Shown one piece after another: positions 1 to 10,479 of a DNA stretch of 33,755 nt. Both the position numbers and the translations under genes were made by a program. Origin of the DNA: Octopus bimaculoides (Eukaryota); NCBI RefSeq assembly GCF_001194135.2, contig NC_068991.1:71701811-71735565 (forward strand), written 5' to 3'. Numbering within the stretch: position 1 is the stretch's first letter; every line of letters starts with the position of its first letter. Below the pieces are notes generated by a model. That model was not told the DNA's origin. It did not search any database and saw nothing but the letters and a program-made list of their open reading frames with translations.

Positions 1-288
1 TGTATGTCTACATGTGCGTGTCAGTGGGTGGATGTGTGTGCGTGCGTGTGTGTGTGTATGTGTGTGTGTGTGTGTGTGTGCGTGTGTGATGGGGCCAAAG
101 CTCTGACCGTCAGTTTTTTGACGTTATTTATAAGACAAAGAAGTGAGAAAGAGAGAAAAAGAGAGAGCAAGAGAGAGAGAGAGAGAGAGAGGGGGTGAAA
201 GATATAGTAAGACTGCGAGAAAGAAAGAAAGAACGAAAGAACGAAAGAACGAACGAACGAAAGAAAGAAAGAAAGAAAGAAAGAAAGG
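1..288. repeat. Compound microsatellite: (TG)n then (AG)n/(AAAG)n/(GAAC)n
   Basis: TG-rich tract at about 1-88 and GA/AAAG-rich tract at about 139-288, read directly. Confidence 0.95.
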
Positions 289-1724
289 GGTAAGTGTTTT
301 GGAATATATTACTGGAATTACTTGCTGTATATTTAGTTTTTGGTCAACCCCGGTCAAACAGATCAACAATTAAAAACGTTCCAGTGGTGACCATCATCCC
401 GACTTTCAATTTTTTGTTTAGATATTATGTACCCATGACTACATTAAACAACCTGTCCTTTCGTTTTCAAAACACGACCGTTTTGATTTAACTTTTTGCC
501 TGTCCAAAGGATTTCTCTAAGTTTGTCCTGAGAGTCCATGCTTCTTTTCAGAGTTTTGGTTTGTCCTCGTTTCATACGTTCACTATTAATTTTTGCTTGG
601 GGGTTCTTGCTTTTATAACTATCCAGAAGGATAGACCTATCATTGAGAGCAATAGATTTAGTCGGTGGTCTAGTTATCTTAATTCTAGCTTTTGGTGAAG
701 TAGAAGAGGTTAGAAAGGGTCAAGCGGTGAACACATTATTTCGGCCTAGCTAAGGTAATCTGGCAAATGTAAAATTGCTGTCACAGAAAAACTATTGTTT
801 TACCGTGAGAAAAGTTCTGTTGAAGTGTTAATTTAAATTTGGCTATGGTGGATCGAATCCACTTCATGCTTGGAAGATTCACTATATATANNNNNNNNNN
901 NNNNNNNNNNNNNNNNNNNNNNNNNNNNNNNNNNNNNNNNNNNNNNNNNNNNNNNNNNNNNNNNNNNNNNNNNNNNNNNNNNNNNNNNNNNNNNNNNNNN
1001 NNNNNNNNNNNNNNNNNNNNNNNNNNNNNNNNNNNNNNNNNNNNNNNNNNNNNNNNNNNNNNNNNNNNNNNNNNNNNNNNNNNNNNNNNNNNNNNNNNNN
1101 NNNNNNNNNNNNNNNNNNNNNNNNNNNNNNNNNNNNNNNNNNNNNNNNNNNNNNNNNNNNNNNNNNNNNNNNNNNNNNNNNNNNNNNNNNNNNNNNNNNN
1201 NNNNNNNNNNNNNNNNNNNNNNNNNNNNNNNNNNNNNNNNNNNNNNNNNNNNNNNNNNNNNNNNNNNNNNNNNNNNNNNNNNNNNNNNNNNNNNNNNNNN
1301 NNNNNNNNNNNNNNNNNNNNNNNNNNNNNNNNNNNNNNNNNNNNNNNNNNNNNNNNNNNNNNNNNNNNNNNNNNNNNNNNNNNNNNNNNNNNNNNNNNNN
1401 NNNNNNNNNNNNNNNNNNNNNNNNNNNNNNNNNNNNNNNNNNNNNNNNNNNNNNNNNNNNNNNNNNNNNNNNNNNNNNNNNNNNNNNNNNNNNNNNNNNN
1501 NNNNNNNNNNNNNNNNNNNNNNNNNNNNNNNNNNNNNNNNNNNNNNNNNNNNNNNNNNNNNNNNNNNNNNNNNNNNNNNNNNNNNNNNNNNNNNNNNNNN
1601 NNNNNNNNNNNNNNNNNNNNNNNNNNNNNNNNNNNNNNNNNNNNNNNNNNNNNNNNNNNNNNNNNNNNNNNNNNNNNNNNNNNNNNNNNNNNNNNNNNNN
1701 ATAATAATAATAATAATAGTAACA

Positions 1725-1856
1725 TCGATAGGAATGAGAACCCAGGTTCGAAATTTCCCCAAGACACCTGACGAAGGCTGGAGGGTATATCAGCCGAAAC
1801 GTTGTGTTAACAACAAACAAGATGAGGACGAATATCCGTCAAATGTAAATAATGTA
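1725..1856 (+). mobile_element. Fragment of a hammerhead-bearing interspersed repeat, probably a Penelope-like element terminal repeat or a non-autonomous derivative
   Basis: It contains CTGACGAAG...CCGAAACGTTG, the signature typical of PLE terminal repeats. Positions 1802-1851 recur nearly identically on the minus strand at 5701-5750, so this is an interspersed repeat. The PLE assignment is inference. Confidence 0.65.
1763..1808 (+). ncRNA. Minimal type-I hammerhead ribozyme motif
   Basis: Stem I is GACAC(1763-67)/GTGTT(1804-08). Core CTGACGA is at 1768-74 with an extra A at 1775. Stem II is GGCTG(1776-80)/CAGCC(1791-95). GAAA is at 1796-99. Stem III is the loopless palindrome AC|GT. Predicted cleavage is after GUU at 1803. 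Confidence 0.7.
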
Positions 1857-2030
1857 TATATATATATATATATATATATCGGGCAACCGTACGACGAACA
1901 GGAACGTGGAACTCTGAGTAGGATTTTCTTTTGATGTTTTTGCAGCTTTAATGAAGAAGCATATTACTCTACCTTCTGTATTCGAGTACTATTTCTTCCA
2001 ACATTGTTTCACATTTATGTGCTTACTCGT

Positions 2031-2078
<48 letters not shown>

Positions 2079-2427
2079 GGGGTGGGTGGAGTAAGAAAGT
2101 AAGAGAGAGAGAGAGAGCGGGGCTATTTTTGCAATGCAAACTATTCAAAGTATGCACTACTTTATTTATTAGTTCCAGTAGAAAACTCGTAGCTTGCTGT
2201 CACCTTCCCCACCTTTCCTCTGAGTTTGCTAAGCTTGGAACATGATTAATTAAGTTTGGCTCGCTTGATTAATGAGTAATTTGGCTTGTTTTGCGAGTCA
2301 CCGAAACTGTGTGTTTGTTGAGAGGTCAGGTGTACTGGTGAATGTGAGCACTTTGGTAAAGGGAATTAAGTAAAAAGTCTGGAGAAAGAGATACTCCAAG
2401 ATAGGAGATATATATAATTCAAGAATA

Positions 2428-2605
2428 GCTGTATGGTTAAGCAGCTTGTTTTGTAATCAATCCTGTCATTCTGGTTTCAATCCCTTAGCGTAGCGTCAAG
2501 GGCAAGTGTTTCTTTTTAGTTTTGTTTTTATATTACTATATCTTCGGCTCAACCGAAGTTTTGTGAGTGACATTGGGTAGACGGAAACTGAGGTGAAGCC
2601 GGTCC
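2428..2605 (+). mobile_element. SINE family B, diverged 5' half
   Basis: gtatggttaagcagcttg...gggcaagtgt...ttgtgagtga...gtagacggaaactga aligns by eye to the head of the 16671 copy. Confidence 0.55.
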
Positions 2606-2615
2606 GATGTACTAT

Positions 2616-2785
2616 ACCTGTAATTCAAACGGCCAGCCTTGTCACACATAGTGTCACGCCGATTCCGCCTGAGCACGACTGAATGCATTAAGAACAGACA
2701 TGTATGCGGAATACTCAGCCAGTTACATAGTAATTTACTGAGAAGATAGATTTGTTGATCGAACAGTTCGCAAGATTTTCGTCGA
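2616..2785 (+). mobile_element. SINE family C, diverged 3' half
   Basis: acctgtaattcaaacggccagccttgtcacacatagtgtcacgc matches 18690-18735 of the full C copy. Confidence 0.6.
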
Positions 2786-2924
2786 CACAGACGAATGATT
2801 CATTACATAAGGTGAAAGTGGTGGGTGCATCGTGGAAAAAAATCATTTGAGAGCAGCGAAGACAATTGTATTAACAGTATATGAAATGCAGATTTATTAA
2901 TTTTTTTCTGATTTTGGCAAAATG

Positions 2925-3045
2925 AAAGTAATTCTAAGGCGAGGGGTAAGTCGATGACTTCGATCCCCAGTATAGAGTTCCTGCTTATACGATCGACTCC
3001 TAAAGGTAAAGTCAACGCTGGTGTTGTTTGAACTCGGGACGGAAA
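2925..3045 (-). mobile_element. SINE family A, diverged partial copy
   Basis: aagtcgatgacttcgatccccagt...aaggtaaagtcaac...tttgaactc is the reverse complement of the family A body. Confidence 0.6.
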
Positions 3046-3197
3046 GTCAGGAAAACAGCTACTAAGTTTTTTTTGTACTGCACGGCAACGATTCAGCCGA
3101 CTCGCTGCTTTCGTTTGTGTATACGTATTAATGTTTGTATTCCTGTTAAATTATTATAAAAAAGCATTGAAGGACCAACCAATAATTTTCAATAGAA

Positions 3198-3421
3198 AGG
3201 CAGCGAGCTGGCAGAAACGTTAGGACGCCGGGCGAAATGCTTAGCGATATTTCGTCTGCCGCTACGTTCTGAGTTCAAATTCCGCCGAGGTCGACTTTGC
3301 CTTTCATCCCATCGGGGTCGATGAAATAAGTGCAAGTTACGCACTGGCGTCGATGTAATCGACTAGCCCCCTTCCCCACCAAAATTTTCAAGGCCTTGTG
3401 CCTTGAGAAGAAATAATTATT
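3198..3421 (+). mobile_element. SINE family A, full length, tail type 2
   Basis: A-box-like TGGCAGAAACG and B-box GAGTTCAAATTCC. The central GCCTTTCATCC..CGGGGTCGAT.AAATAAGT resembles from memory the Deu/Nin-type SINE domain. Tail is aaaattttcaaggccttgtgcc. Confidence 0.9.
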
Positions 3422-3423
3422 TA

Positions 3424-3650
3424 AGGGCGGCGAGCTGGCAGAATCGTTAACATGCCGAGCGAAATGCTTAGCGGTGTTTCGTCTGTCTTTACGTTCTGAA
3501 TTCAAATTCCGCCGAGGTCGACTTTGTCTTTCATCCTTCGGGGTCGATTAAATAAGTACCAGTTACGCACTGGAATCGATGTAATCGACTTAATCCCTTT
3601 GTTTGAACCCTCTACGTTTAGCCCCCTGTGGGCAATAAAGAAATAAATAA
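3424..3650 (+). mobile_element. SINE family A, full length, tail type 1, head-to-tail with the previous copy
   Basis: Same head and body. Tail is taatccc...gtttagccccctgtgggcaataaagaaata. Confidence 0.9.
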
Positions 3651-3805
3651 TTTTCAGTAGAGCATTATATTTTCACAAGGAAAAGATTGACAGTAAGTTC
3701 GAAGTTTCGTCTTTCTAGTCGAGAGTGACACTCAGTGAAAATGATGTCTGACCAATAGATTAACGTTTTTGGATGCAGTTTACAAAGCGCACGCGGGTGA
3801 TCTTA

Positions 3806-3836
<31 letters not shown>

Positions 3837-5180
3837 GGGACAGGGATTACTGCTCCCGGTGTACAAGTCATGCTCTTGTATTCAGCATATTTATTTTATG
3901 TAAAGAATTAACAGCTGTTGAGGGATAAAGTATTTCCCGGGACAGGAAAGACGTATAGCAGCCTTTTGTGATGCAGTGTTGGGGGCGAAATGTTAAGAAT
4001 GTAATACTCTCAACGAGAAGTTATTGGAGATTGTTATGTTAAACATTTGTACGGAGTATTTATTCGAATACAAGGGTGGGATTGTATCATATTGCTAGTT
4101 TATCAATAGAAACTCTATAATAAGTCCATCAATCACACCCCTATACCCATACCTATTTTTTTCAGCCACAGAAACACATACATATAGAAGTCCTCACATC
4201 TTGCTTTAGTCACCGGGAAAATAATATTTGATTACCTCACTTCTCCGGAAGGCAGATGTTATCAATAAACCAAGAAAAATGAGTCACCTCATTCCGCTGT
4301 CAACTCGAAGACGTCTACATAACCCAGCCCTGGTTTTTATAGACAATCGTTCCTTCATTTGGCTATTTCTCGGAAGGATAACTAGCTTCCTGTCATTAAG
4401 TAACAACCAGTCTTCCAGTTACACATCGTACATCCAGCCCCCACTTCACTTGTTAACCGTATGGCTTTCAGATATTTTTTTTTAAATCGACAAACATTTT
4501 CAGATGGTGAACGCAAGCTGTTGTTAAAATGTCCACAACAACAACAACAATAATAATAATAATAATAAACGACACTCCCCCCACACACATACCTAAAAAA
4601 AAAGAACAGGGGACACGGAAAGCTGTATAACAAATACGGACGTATTAAGATAGTAAACACAAGCCGTTGTTAATATATTCACNNNNNNNNNNNNNNNNNN
4701 NNNNNNNNNNNNNNNNNNNNNNNNNNNNNNNNNNNNNNNNNNNNNNNNNNNNNNNNNNNNNNNNNNNNNNNNNNNNNNNNNNNNNNNNNNNNNNNNNNNN
4801 NNNNNNNNNNNNNNNNNNNNNNNNNNNNNNNNNNNNNNNNNNNNNNNNNNNNNNNNNNNNNNNNNNNNNNNNNNNNNNNNNNNNNNNNNNNNNNNNNNNN
4901 NNNNNNNNNNNNNNNNNNNNNNNNNNNNNNNNNNNNNNNNNNNNNNNNNNNNNNNNNNNNNNNNNNNNNNNNNNNNNNNNNNNNNNNNNNNNNNNNNNNN
5001 NNNNNNNNNNNNNNNNNNNNNNNNNNNNNNNNNNNNNNNNNNNNNNNNNNNNNNNNNNNNNNNNNNNNNNNNNNNNNNNNNNNNNNNNNNNNNNNNNNNN
5101 NNNNNNNNNNNNNNNNNNNNNNNNNNNNNNNNNNNNNNNNNNNNNNNNNNNNNNNNNNNNNNNNNNNNNNNNNNNNNNNN

Positions 5181-5240
5181 ATCTAATCGACTGGCTATCT
5201 CCCCCAAAATTTCGGGCCTTGTGCTTAGAGTACAAAAGAA
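5181..5240 (+). mobile_element. SINE family A 3' end (5' part lost in the N-gap)
   Basis: atctaatcgactgg...ccccaaaatttcgggccttgtgcttagagta corresponds to tail type 2. Confidence 0.8.
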
Positions 5241-5343
5241 TCTATTCACCACATTAAAAGACTGAGAACAGACAGGAAACAGTATTATAGAGGACATATT
5301 CGGATGATAAATACAAACCACTGTTAAATTGCTGACCTTATAC

Positions 5344-5662
5344 GGACGCAGGCATGGCTGTGTGGTTCAGTAGCTCGCTTTGTAACCACGTGGTTTCGGG
5401 TTCAGTCCCACTGCACGGCACCTTGGGCAAGTATTTTCCACTGTAGCCATGTCTTGTGAGTGAATTTGGCAAATGAAAACTGTAAGGAAGTCCGTCCTAT
5501 ATGAATGAGTGTCCTCATGTTTGTCCGCTTGACAATCAGTGTTCATCTGTTTAAGTCGTTCTTATTCCGATAAAATACATTCTGGGATCCATTTGTTAGA
5601 CAAAACCCTTCAATCGGTACTCCAGCATGGCCGCAATCCGGTGACTAAAAACAAGTAAAAAG
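5344..5662 (+). mobile_element. SINE family B, diverged near-full copy
   Basis: Head ggcatggctgtgtgg...gggttcagtccc, CORE-like ggcaccttgggcaagt, and tail ctccagcatggccgca...aaacaagtaaaa. Confidence 0.85.
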
Positions 5663-5666
5663 TTCA

Positions 5667-5750
5667 GTTCTATATTTAAGAAATGAGGAATTATGTACAC
5701 TATTTACATTTGACGGATATTTGTCCTCATCTTGTTTGTTGTTAACACAA
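5667..5750 (-). mobile_element. Second fragment of the hammerhead-bearing (PLE-like) repeat, portion 3' of the ribozyme
   Basis: The reverse complement of 5701-5750 matches 1802-1851 with one mismatch (ttgtgttaacaacaaacaagatgaggac[a/g]aatatccgtcaaatgtaaata). Confidence 0.75.
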
Positions 5751-6049
5751 AATTTATGGCAACGAGGTTTTTTATATTTTTATAATAAGGGGTTCAGAAA
5801 ATACGTAGCCCCTCTTTGGTTTTTCAGGGCTCAGGACCGATGTTGAGCCTGAACCACCTATTTTATAAGCCGTGCGGGATTCGAACTCGTAACGTTATAT
5901 TTTCGACTGTAGTACTACTGTTTTCTGTCTGTCTTTGCTTAAATCTTTCTCAACGTTACGAGTTCAAATCCTGCAGATATTTAACTTCGTCTCTCATTTT
6001 ACCAGGGTATTTACGGCAGGCCCTCGAATCCCAGAAAGACTTTTCTGCA

Positions 6050-6295
6050 ACTTTTTGCCGAACAACCTGCACAAACGATTTGTTTATAAGGACCAAATGC
6101 TCCTGCTATACATTAGCTAACTCCTTCCATCAAATCGACATTACCTGTACAGGTGCACGGTGTGCCACACGTCAGATGTCGAAGTGATTGCAGTATTTGT
6201 GCAAAAACACAATGCACCACCAGGTCCAAGAATCGAAATCACGACTACGTGAATCGTTAGTACAACGTCCTAACTGCTAGGCCATGCGCCCTCAC
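6050..6295 (-). mobile_element. SINE family E (C-like tRNA head, different body)
   Basis: Reverse-complement head gtgagggcgcatggcctagcagttagg...gatttcgattc. The body acctgcacaaa.gat.tgtttata..ga.caaatg...acattagct.actc is shared with 10205-10429. Confidence 0.75.
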
Positions 6296-6617
6296 TTACC
6301 AATGAAACACTTGGGGTGGGGTTAAAGGGCTATTAAATTTGTCACAACCCTTTAAAAGATATTGTGGCCTCTGCCAAAATTAGAGTTAATGGCAAAACCG
6401 TGATTGTGTTAGATTAAATGTCGTGCGGTATTAAGACTCGACTCAAGTTTGGATGCTGCTAAGGTGGACATTGCCTTTAAGATAATAACACCATTTTGGG
6501 AGAAATAAGCATGGGTTTGGTTGGGATCAAGAATTTCACTAGGTATTTACATGGTACCAGTTTCGATCGCACTGGATGGCACCTCGGGCAAGTAATCATA
6601 CATGCCTCTCTCTCTCC

Positions 6618-6664
<47 letters not shown>

Positions 6665-6692
6665 TCTGTGTGTGTGTGTGTATGTGTAATCC

Positions 6693-6904
6693 TTTCTATT
6701 AGAGACACAAGGCCTGAAATTTTTGGGGAGGAGACTAGTCAATTACATCGACTCCAGTCTTTCACTGGTACTTAATTTATCGACCCCGAAAGGATGAAAG
6801 GCGAAGTCGACCTCGGTGGAATTTGAAATCAGAACGTAAAGACGGACGAAATGCTGCTAAACATTTTGTCCGGCATGCTAACGATTCTGCCAGCTTACCG
6901 CCTT
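6693..6904 (-). mobile_element. SINE family A, full length, tail type 2
   Basis: Reverse complement of the 3198 copy over its whole length. Confidence 0.9.
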
Positions 6905-7594
6905 CCTATTTACATATACAATGCAATAAGACTCCCTTATTTTAAGACAGTACGATAAAAACTGATCGAAATTTTTGGGCTGCTATTCTTAGCACTTCTA
7001 GCTGCCGTGTATAGGTATTCTCCTTGAGTAAATCTCTAGCGTTATATATCTACGTGTGTGTGTGTGTGTTTTGTGTATTCAAATCTACACGTTGCGTAAA
7101 CACTCTAACACAACACAGTGACAACGCCTTCGTCCACAACGAATCTCCTTCTTTCATTTAGAATAAATGTCAGCTCGAAAATTAAGCAGAGAACGGCAAA
7201 AAATAAATAGGAAGCCGGGAATAAGACAAGATAAACAGATCCTGAAAATAAAGTCTTTACTTGCTTCTCTTTGAGCAGGCACAGAGTGCAAACCATTTTA
7301 GACCTGAGTCAGATCTTAAGAAGCAGTGTCGAGGAACGCAACATTAACACTGAGCGGCCTTTTAGTTGTTTTTAAGTGGTTCCAATTCAATTTGAAACAT
7401 GGTTTTGATTCTTTGCATTTTATTTATTTATATATTATTTATTTTCCTTAATGATTCTAACCTAATTTCTCTTGATGCGAGCTGGAATTAACGCCTGTCT
7501 TCATACCTACCTACCTACCAAAATGTCTATTCATCAGCAAGTTGGGTGCAAAGGCTTATTGTAATAAACATATTCATATACACATTTGTGTTGT

Positions 7595-8160
7595 GTGCAT
7601 GCGCGTATATATATATATATATATATATAAATGTGCGCGTGTCTCTGTATGTATATATGCAAATATGTATGCATGCACATGTATATGGTTTATTAAATAT
7701 ATACATGCATATATATATATACATATATGTATACAATAGTATAAATATGTATGTATATACATACATATATGTATGTATGTATATACATATATATATGTAC
7801 GTATGTATATACATATATATGTATGTATGTATATACATATATATATGTATGTATGTATGTATATACATACATATATATATATATATGTATATACATATAT
7901 ACATATACATATGTATATACATATATATATGTATATACATATATATATATATGTATATACATATATACATATATATATATATATGTATATACATATACAC
8001 ATATATATACATATATATATATGTATATACATACATACATATATATATATACATACACACACAAAATAATTTACAAATATATTTATATTCAGCATGTACG
8101 TTTGTATGTATGCATGCATGTATGTATGTATGTATGTATGTATGTATGTATGTGTGTATG
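7595..8160. repeat. Alternating purine-pyrimidine (TA/TG/CA) compound satellite
   Basis: About 560 bp of near-continuous RY alternation, with roughly ten copies of the palindrome ATGTATATACAT. Confidence 0.95.
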
Positions 8161-8693
8161 TATTTACTTGGCCTGCACAAGTATAAACTGAAAATTTCAA
8201 AGAACTTTAAAGAGAACAACATTGTATAAACAACAGATATCTACTTAAGTCATCAATTTAGAACATTTTACAGATAAAAACTATATCTACCTCACCAGAA
8301 CTACCTCTCTCTCTCCCTCTCTCTCTTCCTCTTTCTCTCTCTTTTACACTCTCTCTCTCAGACATATGCACACAATCACACAGCATCTGTTAATGCAAGT
8401 ATAGATAATACTCAGTGGTGAATGAATGGGGTAACACAGACTGTTTCAAACGTACATACATATCACAACAGCCCACACACACATGCAAAACCCACGTACA
8501 TGCATACATACATACATACATACATACATACATGTATTCATATGTATATGTGTATGTATCTATGCATGCGTGTATCCAAAGTCGAACCGTTTAAGGAGAT
8601 TATATCATAATCCGTGCACATCCGCAATCAGGCGATTCTTTACAGAAAACTCCATTGGTGTATTGTTAACCCACGCCATCAAACACACACACG

Positions 8694-8728
<35 letters not shown>

Positions 8729-9345
8729 ATCTTGATTCCCAGTCTACTCATGCGAACGTCATTCCATCGTATAGCTATGAACAACCATTAAGACCACAGC
8801 TGGTTTTTTTTTTAGCTTTCTGTCACTTTTACACAACGTTTTTCCTGGTGCCTCTCTATGTTCTATTCTTTCTTTCTTCTTTTCTTTGTGGGGCACTTCT
8901 GGATATCACCATTCCTTTATTTTACAAGGAGAGAGAGAGAGAGGCAAAGAGAAGTAGGAAAATTAAAGAACAAAAAGAAAAAGAAAAAACGAAAAGAAAG
9001 AGAAAAGAAATTGGCGAACCGAAATGTGAAACAACTGAAGAATTTAAAGCTAACTTTCTCAAGACTGCATCAACATTCCTGGCAAATTATTCGCTTTCCG
9101 TTATTTATTTTCTGTTATTTATTTTTACTTCTACCCTATACATATTCGTTTATATTTCAGTGGAAAATGGTTATATATATATGTCGAAACTGTGATGATA
9201 TTTGGTCGATGACTTATGAGGGGTTAAGCATGTCCACGTCCATTGTGTGTGCGGATTTATAACAATGAAGCGAACTTCATAACTTCATGTCATACTTGAA
9301 TCAATCTCACCCATTATCGTTCGTTACACTCCATCATTTTGTGAC

Positions 9346-9554
9346 TTACTTGTTTCAGTCATTGAACTGCAGCCATGCTGTCGCATCACCTTGAAGGGTT
9401 TAGTCAAAAGAATTGAACCCCAATCCTTACGTTTTTTTTTCTACGTCTGGTGCCTATTCTATTGATTGTTTTGGTCGAATTGGTAAGTTAAACAAATGAA
9501 CATCAAGTTGTCAAGTGGTGGAGGGGACAAATGCAAACACACACACACACACAC

Positions 9555-9623
<69 letters not shown>

Positions 9624-9915
9624 TAGGCGTCATGCTGAATCTCCATGAAAACGTTAATTTCACGAACAGGCTGTTCCGTTGATCTGAGCAACTGGAACAC
9701 TCGTTGTTGTAAGAGATGGAGTGTCAGTTTTATATATAAATATATAAACAACAGGCTTCCGCACTGTTTCTGTCTAGGAAATTCACTCACAAGGCATTGG
9801 TTGGGCCGGGGCTATAGTGAAAGACACTTGCTCAAGCTAATGCATAGTGAGACTGCCTCCAAAACCTCGTGGCTGCAAAGCTAGATTCTTAATAACGCAG
9901 CCATGCTTGCACCTG
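9346..9915 (-). mobile_element. SINE family B, diverged, with central (CA)n/(GATA)n tract and a nested family C fragment
   Basis: Tail ttacttgtttcagtcatt...gccatgctg at 9346. Head cactcacaaggc...ggctatagt.aaagacacttgc...cagccatgcttgcacctg at about 9740-9915. Confidence 0.8.
9629..9726 (+). mobile_element. SINE family C 3' fragment nested in SINE B
   Basis: gtcatgctgaatctcc...ttaatttcacgaacaggctgttccgttgatc...gatggagtgtca matches 18728-18858 with an internal deletion. Confidence 0.8.
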
Positions 9916-9923
9916 AAAGTAAT

Positions 9924-9960
<37 letters not shown>

Positions 9961-10204
9961 GAAGGCAGCTATACGCAATATAAAAGCAAAAAGGAAAAAT
10001 TCAATTGTCATTAATTGTGACTGAGGGTATTGGGTAGCACCTATATTGCTAGAAATAAGAGTTAAGATTCCTTAGAGCCGAAAAGAAGCACATGTCTATG
10101 CACTGACAGGGGAGATAACCGCCCTGAGCGAGCAAGATCATGATACTCGTCTAGTTTCGTTTAAGATTAAAGCTCATATATATAATGGACCCTCCTGTTC
10201 AGCT

Positions 10205-10429
10205 TTCGCCGAATGACCTGCACAAATGATATGTTTATAGTGATCAAATGTTCGTGCCACACATTAGCTCACTCTCTCCGGGTGCAAGGTATACCATGCG
10301 TCACGTGACGAACCGATCGCTGGGCAACGTGAGATGAAGTACTTTGCTCAATAACACAATGCACCGCCCAGTCTAGAATTGAAACCACGATCTTGAGTGC
10401 AACACTCAAACCACTTGGACATGCGTCTC
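10205..10429 (-). mobile_element. SINE family E, second copy
   Basis: Shares its body with 6050-6295. Reverse-complement ttgctcaataacacaatgc...gaattgaaaccacga is a head with a B-box remnant. Confidence 0.75.
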
Positions 10430-10479
10430 TCTCTCTCACACACACACACACATATATATATACACACACACATATTAAA

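Noticed and set aside
400-885. Possible decayed Tc1/maT-type transposase C-terminus on the minus strand (TLQQNFSHGK..., ...EAW..., VLKTKGQVV*)
   Set aside because: Motif spacing does not fit and several frameshifts are needed. It is unsupported without a profile search.
3198-3650. Tandem near-identical units with palindromes, superficially CRISPR-like
   Set aside because: The units are about 220-bp SINEs with Pol III boxes, with no short repeat/unique spacer periodicity, in a eukaryotic context.
7490-7545. Minus-strand CTGATGA...GAAA, hammerhead-like
   Set aside because: Stem II has only 3 A-U pairs, and there is no stem I or stem III pairing.
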